This document shows, piece after piece, positions 1 to 7,862 of a stretch of DNA of 43,018 bases. Each line of letters opens with the position of its first letter. The stretch's first letter is position 1. Source of the DNA: an uncultured Candidatus Saccharibacteria bacterium. Lineage in GTDB: Bacteria; Patescibacteriota; Saccharimonadia; Saccharimonadales; SZUA-47. The stretch is from the NCBI GenBank assembly GCA_964419675.1, contig CAYQPN010000001.1, positions 44,885 to 87,902 on the forward strand, read 5' to 3'. A model generated the notes under the pieces. It saw nothing but the letters and a program-made list of their open reading frames with translations. It did no database searches and was not told where the DNA came from. The position numbers were made by a program, and so were the translations under genes.

Positions 1-54
1 CCTACAGGTTCATACCAGGTGCAAGCTGACTTCATTGCAACAGCTACGTTCTAA
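1..54 (+). CDS. 3' end of an upstream surface protein (partial), paralogous C-terminus to 107..1168
   Basis: Frame 1 reads PTGSYQVQADFIATATF*, which matches the C-terminus of the next ORF (PGLYATTLTYMAVATF*). Confidence 0.75.
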   Translation, partial: PTGSYQVQADFIATATF

Positions 55-106
55 ATTAAGTAACTAAACAATTGGTTTTAGGAAATTTACAAAAAGGCGA
101 GTTAAT

Positions 107-1168
107 ATGGTTAATTTGAGAAATCAAAATTTAACGTTAACAAGATGGGTACTGTCACTATTGGCAGTACCCATTGCCTTATTTATATTGTTGCAACCAG
201 TATCTTCTTTAGATATGACCTCACGCTCAGTAAACATTTCATCAGCGGTGCCTAGTAGCACTGTAAATAATCTGTTTACTTTTGTTATTCCATCAGTTAG
301 TGCCATTGGCTCACTGTCTTTCGAGTACTGCGATAACTCACCTCTGGCCGGCACTGCTTGTACTGCCCCAGCTGGCTTCAATGCTCTAGGGGCAAGCATC
401 ACGGGACAAACCCTCAATACTGGCTTTAGTTTTGACGGAGCCAACACTACGGCTAACAGGATAGTTCTTACTCGTCCTAGCGCGCCGGCAATTGTAGGAA
501 CTAGTACTTATACTTTTAACGGAATAGTAAACCCTAGTTCGTCAAATCAAACGGTATTTGTTCGAGTTGCTTCGCATGCATCAATTGACGGAACCGGCGC
601 AAGGGTAGATGAAGGTTCGGTAGCTTTTTCAACAACGCAAGCTGCTTTTATAGTTGGGGTATTTGTACCTCCTTACCTATCTTTCTGTACTGGACAGACA
701 GTTAGCATCGACTGTAGTTCTATTGCCGGAGCCTTAGTTTCGTTTGGTGAATTATCTTCCAGTAGTGCTACAGCAGTTACTACTCAAATGTCGGCAGCAA
801 CAAATGACTTTAGTGGGTATAATATTTTTATTAGTGGGCAGACACTCACATCAGGTAATAATGAGATTAGCGCTTTAAGCGCCCAAACAGCTAGTCTAAT
901 TGGTACTCCACAGTTTGGGTTGAATATGCGCTCTAACAGTAGTCCTTCTGTTGGTGCAGATCCCGATGGTACTGGCTCCGGAGTGCCTGCAAGCAACTAC
1001 AACTCCCAGAACCAATTTAGGTTTGTTGATGGGGATTTGGTGGCACAATCTCCGGTCTCCTCAGACTTTACGCGCTTCACATCAAGCTATTTAGTAAACG
1101 TACCCGTCGGGCAAGCACCTGGTTTGTACGCGACCACTCTAACCTATATGGCGGTCGCTACTTTCTAG
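107..1168 (+). CDS. Secreted Ser/Thr-rich beta-sandwich surface protein (WxL/pilin-like, CPR family)
   Basis: N-terminal signal peptide, paired Cys, S/T/G-rich, C-terminal G-x-Y-x-T-T-L-T-Y-x-A-x-A-T-F strand; lies next to a DUF916-like gene. Confidence 0.6.
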   Translation: MVNLRNQNLTLTRWVLSLLAVPIALFILLQPVSSLDMTSRSVNISSAVPSSTVNNLFTFVIPSVSAIGSLSFEYCDNSPLAGTACTAPAGFNALGASITGQTLNTGFSFDGANTTANRIVLTRPSAPAIVGTSTYTFNGIVNPSSSNQTVFVRVASHASIDGTGARVDEGSVAFSTTQAAFIVGVFVPPYLSFCTGQTVSIDCSSIAGALVSFGELSSSSATAVTTQMSAATNDFSGYNIFISGQTLTSGNNEISALSAQTASLIGTPQFGLNMRSNSSPSVGADPDGTGSGVPASNYNSQNQFRFVDGDLVAQSPVSSDFTRFTSSYLVNVPVGQAPGLYATTLTYMAVATF

Positions 1169-1237
1169 ACCGAAAATTAACTTGCACAGTATTGGTTAGT
1201 CGTTTATGCTTAAGTAGAATAAAAAAATGGAGGCGCA

Positions 1238-2287
1238 ATGTTACTATCTAATGAGTTAAAAATTTATAAAAATCGAGTATTTGCAGTCATATTGGTGGCT
1301 CTAATTGCTTTGGCAGCATTGCTTGCACCGGGCTTAACTCGGGCGCAGGAAGAAGGAGGAAGTGGTTTAAGCATTTCTCCTACACGTACTGAACTTTCGT
1401 TGCTACCTGGTACATCAGATGTAGTTACTGTTTCCCTTAAGAACATTACAAGTGGGCCTATTGATGCAAAAGTTTTTATTAATGATTTTGAGCCAGATAA
1501 TGAAACAGGCGAACCACGTATCGTAGTGGATCCAGAAAGAAAAAATGCAGCCTCGATCTCAGGCTTCTTGTCTGGTATTGAAGACGTGACTCTTCTAGCT
1601 GGCGAATCTAAGGATGTGTCAGTGGACGTAACTATTCCTGAGAATGCCGCACCAGGCGGGTACTATGGTGCTCTACGTTTTCAGGCAGTACCAGTAGGTT
1701 CAAGCACAAATCAGACCGGTGGTAGTGAGGTATCATTAACGGCTAATTTACTAAGCCTAGTACTTATAGAAGTTCCAGGTGATATTGAACAAAAAGTTGC
1801 AGTGAATTCGGTGCGTGCATACCTTGATACCAATGCAGGTAGTATATTTACTAAAAAACCAAACTTTGTCGGAATAAAAATAGAGAATAAAGGCAATAGT
1901 TTTGTTAAGCCTTTTGGTCGTGTTTCAGTCAAGAACTTTAGAGGGAATGAGGTATTTACCTACGAGTTGAACGACAGTAATCCTAGGAGTAACATTCTAC
2001 CTACAAGCACTAGAATATTTAAAGATAGGTTGACCAACCTTGAAAAGAAGAGTGTTAACGGGCTTGAAGTGACGAATGAAACCAGCCCTATAACAAGCCC
2101 AGGTCGCTATACTATAACTGCTGATGTGTCCTATGGTAATGGAGGGGAAGTATTCACTGTAAGTTCAACTTTTTGGTACATACCAGGCTGGTTAATGATT
2201 GTACTTGGTGTCTTATTGCTTGGACTAATCCTCGGAGCTTATATGCTCTACAGGAAGTACTCAACTCGTTCTACTCGTCGCAACTAA
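1238..2287 (+). CDS. DUF916-like (WxL-interacting/chaperone-like) surface protein with C-terminal TM anchor
   Basis: Signal peptide; LSISPTRTELSLLPG; VTIPENAAPGGYYGAL; IENKGN..VKPFGRV; C-terminal TM followed by a basic tail; SD GGAGG upstream. Confidence 0.7.
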   Translation: MLLSNELKIYKNRVFAVILVALIALAALLAPGLTRAQEEGGSGLSISPTRTELSLLPGTSDVVTVSLKNITSGPIDAKVFINDFEPDNETGEPRIVVDPERKNAASISGFLSGIEDVTLLAGESKDVSVDVTIPENAAPGGYYGALRFQAVPVGSSTNQTGGSEVSLTANLLSLVLIEVPGDIEQKVAVNSVRAYLDTNAGSIFTKKPNFVGIKIENKGNSFVKPFGRVSVKNFRGNEVFTYELNDSNPRSNILPTSTRIFKDRLTNLEKKSVNGLEVTNETSPITSPGRYTITADVSYGNGGEVFTVSSTFWYIPGWLMIVLGVLLLGLILGAYMLYRKYSTRSTRRN

Positions 2288-2360
2288 AAGCACTTGTGCT
2301 TACATCTAAATTAGGCGTATAATACAAACATTAATAAGTAATAAAAAAGTACCAAAACAA

Positions 2361-3293
2361 ATGAAACAGCTAATACCTCGCTCCTGGCAGGATATGAAGC
2401 GCATGGTTGTAACCATAAGTTTCGTTCTTGCAGCATTCTTCCTCGTGTTGGGTGCCAACGGAGCCAGCGCTCAATCAGACCCAGTCCAATCTGGGTCTGT
2501 TGGTTTAACGGGTACAATCAGTGCTCCGCCACCAACAACGGGTGCTACCATTAGTTTTCCAACAAGTGGCCAAAGTTTTACTGAACTACCGGTAATAATT
2601 AAAGGACTTTGTCCAACTGGTTTATTGGTAAAAGTTTTTAAAAATAATGTATTTGCTGGCTCAGTTCAGTGTGAAAATGGCAGCTTTAGTCTGCAAACCG
2701 ACTTATTTGTTGGTACAAATGAACTTATCGCAAGAGTTTATGATGACTTGGACCAACCAGGCCCGGACTCAAATGTAGTGAACGTTACGTTTAAAGATAA
2801 CCGCATCGGAGCTGGGTCCAGAGTAAGCCTTACCAGTAACTATGCTAAACGCGGAGCTTTTCCAGGTGAAACTTTGACTTGGCCAGTAATTCTAAGTGGA
2901 GGCTCAGGTCCGTACGCTTTCAGCGTAGATTGGGGAGATGGTAAAGAGTTTGACCTCTTCTCTGAGCCATTTGCAGGCACAATAGATTTAAGTCATATTT
3001 ATGATGCTCCAGGTGTTTACAACATAATTGTTAAAACAGTTGATACTAACGGTGTTACAGCGTTCTTGCAGCTTGTCGGTATAGCAAATGGGCCCCTATC
3101 ACAATCTACCGATAATGGTGTTCCTGCCGGGAAAGATAACAGCTTAACCACAACTAAGACTAAAATTTTATGGTGGCCAGCAACCTTACTTGTGCCATTT
3201 GTTGTTTCTACTTTCTGGTTGGGTAAGAAGTATATGGTGCGGGTTATGAAGAAGCGTATTGAGAGAGGCGAGCACCCCTTCGCGGATCTATGA
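2361..3293 (+). CDS. Ig-like/PKD-domain surface protein with C-terminal TM anchor (start may be 2394)
   Basis: Signal peptide ending GASA-Q; PKD motif VDWGDG...HIYDAPGVY; C-terminal hydrophobic segment and basic tail. Confidence 0.7.
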   Translation: MKQLIPRSWQDMKRMVVTISFVLAAFFLVLGANGASAQSDPVQSGSVGLTGTISAPPPTTGATISFPTSGQSFTELPVIIKGLCPTGLLVKVFKNNVFAGSVQCENGSFSLQTDLFVGTNELIARVYDDLDQPGPDSNVVNVTFKDNRIGAGSRVSLTSNYAKRGAFPGETLTWPVILSGGSGPYAFSVDWGDGKEFDLFSEPFAGTIDLSHIYDAPGVYNIIVKTVDTNGVTAFLQLVGIANGPLSQSTDNGVPAGKDNSLTTTKTKILWWPATLLVPFVVSTFWLGKKYMVRVMKKRIERGEHPFADL

Positions 3294-3450
3294 GACAAGG
3301 GCAGGCCCTTTTCTCATCGCGCGGCGTGACTTTCTGAAACAGTTCACTCCGGCTGCTCTTTTCCCAAATCGGAATCTGCTTTCGCCGAAGTGAATTCGCC
3401 GACGCAGATGATTGTTCATTGCGTATCCTCAAAATTCCAATCTGCCTCAA
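3288..3450 (-). repeat. Dispersed structured non-coding element, copy 1 (long form)
   Basis: Shares GAGCAGCCGG, CCGCGCGATGAGA and TCTCATAG blocks with 22563..22629; contains several hairpins. Confidence 0.7.
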
Positions 3451-3507
3451 GTATAGTCCCTAAAGATTGATTATTGGGCTTTAGCTACTCATATTCGAAA
3501 GTGTTAC

Positions 3508-3516
3508 TGGTATACT
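3508..3516 (+). promoter_or_regulatory. Extended -10 promoter (TGgTATACT) 7 nt before the mnmA ATG; probably leaderless
   Basis: Sequence tggtatactgttttagATG; no SD. Confidence 0.55.
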
Positions 3517-3523
3517 GTTTTAG

Positions 3524-4564
3524 ATGAAAAAGGTTTTTGTTGGTTTATCTGGTGGGGTGGATAGCTCTGTCTCGGCTGCTTTATTGAAAGAGCAGGGCTA
3601 CGACGTAGTTGGAGTTTATATGAAGAACTGGTCAAAAGATTTGCCAGGTTTTCCTTGCCCTTGGAAAGAAGATTATCAGGATGCTAAAAGAGTCGCGGTG
3701 AAACTGGGGATTTCTTTTGAAATGTTTGATTTTGAGAAAGAATATTTTGATAAAGTTGTGCAATACATGTTGGACGGATTTAAATCTGGCATCACTCCAA
3801 ACCCCGATATAATGTGCAATCAAGAGATAAAATTCAAGTTATTTTATGACGTTGCTCGGGCAAAAGGAGCTAATTTTATTTCTACGGGTCATTACGCACA
3901 AACAGAGGATGGTAAATTATTGATGGCCATCGACGGCAATAAAGATCAAACCTATTTTTTGTATAGAATATCTCATGAAGCGCTTGAACACACTTTATTC
4001 CCGATAGGGCATTTGACTAAACCCCAGGTTCGAGAAGAGGCTAAAAAGCGGGGCCTAATTACTGCAAACAAAAAAGAATCTATGGGTATATGTTTTGTTG
4101 GTAAAGTAGGAATTAAAGAATTTCTAAGTCAATATGTAGAAACTAAGCCAGGAAAAATATTAGACCAAAATAGACAAGTCATAGGTGAACATGACGGCGC
4201 AATTTTTTATACTATCGGCCAGAGACACGGCTTGGACGTTGGTGGCGGGTTGCCGTATTACGTAACAGGCAAAGATATGAAGAAAAATGAAGTTTACGTG
4301 ACTAGTAACATATCTGACGAATCTCTCTGGTCAGACACTATCGAGCTGACAAATTGTCATTGGATAAGCGAAGTTCCTAAATCAAATCAAAGACTCCAAG
4401 TACGTACTCGTCATAGGGCTAAACTAGAGGACTGTGAGCTTGTTAAAATTAGTGGAGACAAAGCAACTTTGAAGCTTAAACACCCAATCCGCGCCCTGAC
4501 TCCAGGCCAATCAGCAGTAATATACTCAGAAGATATTTGTTTAGGGGGCGGTATAATCTACTGA
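3524..4564 (+). CDS. mnmA: tRNA 2-thiouridine(34) synthase MnmA
   Basis: SGGVDSS PP-loop; TPNPDIMCN; STGHYA; KDQTYFL; ESMGICF; TPGQSAV. Confidence 0.97.
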   Translation: MKKVFVGLSGGVDSSVSAALLKEQGYDVVGVYMKNWSKDLPGFPCPWKEDYQDAKRVAVKLGISFEMFDFEKEYFDKVVQYMLDGFKSGITPNPDIMCNQEIKFKLFYDVARAKGANFISTGHYAQTEDGKLLMAIDGNKDQTYFLYRISHEALEHTLFPIGHLTKPQVREEAKKRGLITANKKESMGICFVGKVGIKEFLSQYVETKPGKILDQNRQVIGEHDGAIFYTIGQRHGLDVGGGLPYYVTGKDMKKNEVYVTSNISDESLWSDTIELTNCHWISEVPKSNQRLQVRTRHRAKLEDCELVKISGDKATLKLKHPIRALTPGQSAVIYSEDICLGGGIIY

Positions 4565-4575
4565 ACTGTTTGCAT

Positions 4576-4603
4576 CTGTAAACTGTAAACTGTAAACTGT
4601 AAA
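4576..4603 (+). repeat. Tandem heptamer (CTGTAAA)x4 immediately upstream of the alaS start
   Basis: ctgtaaactgtaaactgtaaactgtaaa read directly. Confidence 0.9.
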
Positions 4604-4607
4604 TAAT

Positions 4608-6491
4608 ATGACAGCGCAAGAAATACGTACGGCTTATTTGGCGTTTTTTAAGAAACAGGGGCATGCTGTGATTCCCCGTGCACTATTAATACCTCAAAAT
4701 GACCCAACAACGTTATTTACAGGCTCAGGGATGCAGCCTTTAATTCCGTATCTTCTAGGGGAAAAACATCAAAATGGCACAAGGTTAGTTGATAGTCAAA
4801 CCTGCTTACGTTCTGATGACATAGATGAGGTTGGGGACAATCGTCATACAACATTTTTTGAGATGTTAGGAAATTGGAGCTTAGGAGATTATTTTAAAAA
4901 AGAACAGCTCGGGTGGTTTTTTGAGTTTTTAGTCGGAGAGGTTGGCTTAGACCCTCAAAGACTGTACGTAACTTGCTGTAGCGGGTTCCCAGAGTTCAAC
5001 GTCCCAAAAGATACTGAATCTGCTGAGATATGGACGGGACTATTCAGCGAACAAGGTGTTGGAACTAAGCAGGTAGAAATTGGCTCTGAACAAAATGGTT
5101 ATAAAGTGGGTGAGCAAGGTGGCCGGATATTCTTCTATGACGAAAAAAATTGGTGGAGCAGAAACGGTGCTCCTAAGAACGTGAAAGTTGGAGAGCCTTG
5201 TGGCCCTGACAGCGAAGTTTTTTATGTTTTTGAGCAAGTTAAGCATGATAAAAAATGGGGTGAATTTTGCCACCCAAACTGTGATTGCGGTCGCTATGTA
5301 GAAATAGGTAATTCTGTATTTATGGAATATTTAAAAACAGAAAAAGGTTTTGAAAAGCTTCCATCTAAAAACGTAGACTTCGGAGGTGGATTAGAGCGCA
5401 TTGCCACAGCTTCCATAGACAGCCCCGACTTCTTTAAGATTAGTATTCTATGGCCAATTATTGAGAAACTAGTGGATCTATCTGGCAAATCTTACGAATC
5501 AAATACTGAGGCAATGCGGATAATCGCTGACCATTTACGGGCTGCGACATTCTTGGCTGTTGACGGAGTTGTGCCAAACAATAAAGAACAGGGCTATGTT
5601 ATGCGCCGTCTAATGAGAAGAGCGATTTTGAAAGCTTTCAATCTTGGGATTGAACAAAATTTCATGCAAGAAGTCGTTCCGGTTATTGCAGATTTATATC
5701 ATGAAGATTTTCCGGAAGTTAAAGAAAATAGAATGAAAGTGATTGATGTGCTTGCTAAAGAAGAGAAGATTTTTCGCCAGACAATTAGGAATGGAAAAAG
5801 AATCCTCACAAAAATGTCAGACAACGGCTTAACTGGAGCAGAAGTATTCATGCTTCACGACACATATGGCTTTCCTGTGGAGCTGAGTATCGAAGAAGCA
5901 AAAGTAAACGGAGTAAAAGTAGACGAGAATTGGCAATCAGAATTTGATGTAAAAATGAAAGAACAGCGAGAGCGCTCGCAAACCGCTGCAAAAGGGACTT
6001 TTAAGGGTGGTCTTGGTGGTCAAAGTCTTCAGCATATGAAGTATCACACAGCAACGCATCTAATGTATCAGGCGCTTCGAGAGGTTTTGGGCGACCACGT
6101 TGTACAGCACGGGTCTAATATCACAGAAGAACGTTTACGCTTTGATTTTTCACATCTTGAAAAAGTTACACCAGAGCAAATTGCCAAAGTTGAAGAAATT
6201 GTGAATAAGCAGATAGCTAATGATTTAAAAGTAACTTGGGCAGAATATCCAACTGCGGAGGCAACAGGAAAACTTGGTGCGCTTGGACAATTTGGCGACC
6301 GCTACGGCGACACAGTCAAGGTTTATAAAATGATTGCTGATAACGCCGATAAACCATTTAGCTTTGAAATCTGCGGAGGTCCACATGTTGACCACACTCT
6401 TCAGCTTTTTGAAGACAACAAAAAATTCAAAATCCTAAAAGAAGAATCAAGTTCAGCCGGAATCCGTAGAATTAAAGCCGCTCTGGTTTAA
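4608..6491 (+). CDS. alaS: Alanine--tRNA ligase, short form lacking the C-Ala domain
   Basis: DPTTLFT; RHTTFFEMLGNWS; GGGLER; IADHLRA; HTATH...CGGPH editing motif; ends at AGIRRIKAALV. Confidence 0.96.
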   Translation: MTAQEIRTAYLAFFKKQGHAVIPRALLIPQNDPTTLFTGSGMQPLIPYLLGEKHQNGTRLVDSQTCLRSDDIDEVGDNRHTTFFEMLGNWSLGDYFKKEQLGWFFEFLVGEVGLDPQRLYVTCCSGFPEFNVPKDTESAEIWTGLFSEQGVGTKQVEIGSEQNGYKVGEQGGRIFFYDEKNWWSRNGAPKNVKVGEPCGPDSEVFYVFEQVKHDKKWGEFCHPNCDCGRYVEIGNSVFMEYLKTEKGFEKLPSKNVDFGGGLERIATASIDSPDFFKISILWPIIEKLVDLSGKSYESNTEAMRIIADHLRAATFLAVDGVVPNNKEQGYVMRRLMRRAILKAFNLGIEQNFMQEVVPVIADLYHEDFPEVKENRMKVIDVLAKEEKIFRQTIRNGKRILTKMSDNGLTGAEVFMLHDTYGFPVELSIEEAKVNGVKVDENWQSEFDVKMKEQRERSQTAAKGTFKGGLGGQSLQHMKYHTATHLMYQALREVLGDHVVQHGSNITEERLRFDFSHLEKVTPEQIAKVEEIVNKQIANDLKVTWAEYPTAEATGKLGALGQFGDRYGDTVKVYKMIADNADKPFSFEICGGPHVDHTLQLFEDNKKFKILKEESSSAGIRRIKAALV

Positions 6492-6560
6492 ATTTTAACC
6501 AAAAAGAACTCTACTCATCTCTGTTTATAGAGCCTGTTAGCATGGTACAATAAAACGCAT

Positions 6561-7862
6561 ATGCTAGAGAAGTTATCTAAAGCAAAAAATACTGTTAAAT
6601 CAAAGATAGCAGAGCGCAAAGCTATTGCTGGCGAACGCTATATCGTGGCTCTAGATATTGGTACAGAAAACGTAAAAGCACTTATCGGAAAAGTCACAGC
6701 AGGTGGGGTAGACATTATTGGTGTTGGACGTGCTCATCAAGGTTTAAGCGACATGCAAGCGGGGGCGATTTCTGATATTGCATCCGTAACCGCCAATTGT
6801 AACAAAGCCCTTGCTCAAGCAGAAGAAATTGCCAAAGTTAGTGCTAGGGCGGTAGTTATTGGTATAGCAGGGGAACTAGTAAAAGGTACAACTATATCCG
6901 TAAAAATAAGTCGCAGTGATGCCAAAAAACCGCTTGATGTTGAAGAAGTTGAAAAAATTATATCGCTAGTCCAAAAAAGAGCATTTGAAAAAGCCAAGGA
7001 ACAGATAGCTGATGAACTTGGAGGCAAAGATGTCGATGTCCAACTGGTAAATAGCGCACTAGTGCGTATGGAGATTGACGGTTACACTGTCACCAACCCA
7101 ATAGGCTTTCAAGGGAAAGAAGTCTCAGTTCAACTCTACACCGCTTTTGCCCCACTAATTCACATCGGAGCGCTAGAGCAAGTTGCCACTCAGCTTGACA
7201 TGGATTTGCTGGCAGTTGCTGCGGAGCCTTTTGCTGTTGCTCGTTCAGTTGTTGGTGATGATTCAGACTCAACGATGAGCGCAGTTTTGATGGACGTGGG
7301 AGGTGGTACCACAGATATTGCGGTTTTAAACGAGGGCGGAGTTCAAGGTACACAAATGTTCGGAATCGGTGGCCGGGCTTTTACTCGTAGCATCGAAAAA
7401 AGTCTAGACATCACATTCGACGAAGCTGAAACATTGAAAATCGCTTTGGGCAAGAACAATTTACAAGAAAATAAAGCTCGCTCAGTTGAAAGTGCTTTGG
7501 CAAACACCGTTGCAGTTTGGCGTTCCGGTGTAGAGCTTGCGCTAGAGGAATTTACGGGCTTAGATCATCTACCGCATAACATCTTGCTTTGTGGGGGAGG
7601 CGCCAGTTTGCAACTTCTTGTTAATGAGCTTGAAACACAAAGCTGGTACCGCGACCTTCCGTTTGCAAAAAAGCCCGATGTTCACTACATTTCGCCTGAC
7701 TCAGTAGTAGGCATTTATGACACAACCGATAAATTAGCAGACCACACATTTATAACGGCAATGGGGCTACTTAGAGTTGGTCTTGATACAATAGGTCAAA
7801 CAGGTAACAAGGACGCCACAATTACAATTCGTGATCGAATTAACAGGATTCTTAGGATATGA
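6561..7862 (+). CDS. FtsA-like actin-family ATPase (possibly a paralogue; no adjacent ftsZ)
   Basis: ALDIGTE phosphate-1; AEPFAVA; DVGGGTTDIAV phosphate-2; LCGGGA; C-terminal amphipathic helix IRDRINRILRI. Confidence 0.85.
   Translation: MLEKLSKAKNTVKSKIAERKAIAGERYIVALDIGTENVKALIGKVTAGGVDIIGVGRAHQGLSDMQAGAISDIASVTANCNKALAQAEEIAKVSARAVVIGIAGELVKGTTISVKISRSDAKKPLDVEEVEKIISLVQKRAFEKAKEQIADELGGKDVDVQLVNSALVRMEIDGYTVTNPIGFQGKEVSVQLYTAFAPLIHIGALEQVATQLDMDLLAVAAEPFAVARSVVGDDSDSTMSAVLMDVGGGTTDIAVLNEGGVQGTQMFGIGGRAFTRSIEKSLDITFDEAETLKIALGKNNLQENKARSVESALANTVAVWRSGVELALEEFTGLDHLPHNILLCGGGASLQLLVNELETQSWYRDLPFAKKPDVHYISPDSVVGIYDTTDKLADHTFITAMGLLRVGLDTIGQTGNKDATITIRDRINRILRI

Noticed and set aside
1207-2302. 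TGCTTA hexamer upstream of surface-protein genes (1207, 2297, also 40006)
   Set aside because: A 6-mer is expected several times by chance in 43 kb, and its spacing to the -10 box is inconsistent; it needs genome-wide statistics.
3244-3450. 68-aa minus-strand ORF
   Set aside because: TTG start without SD, overlaps the upstream gene and coincides with the structured repeat element; better explained as non-coding.
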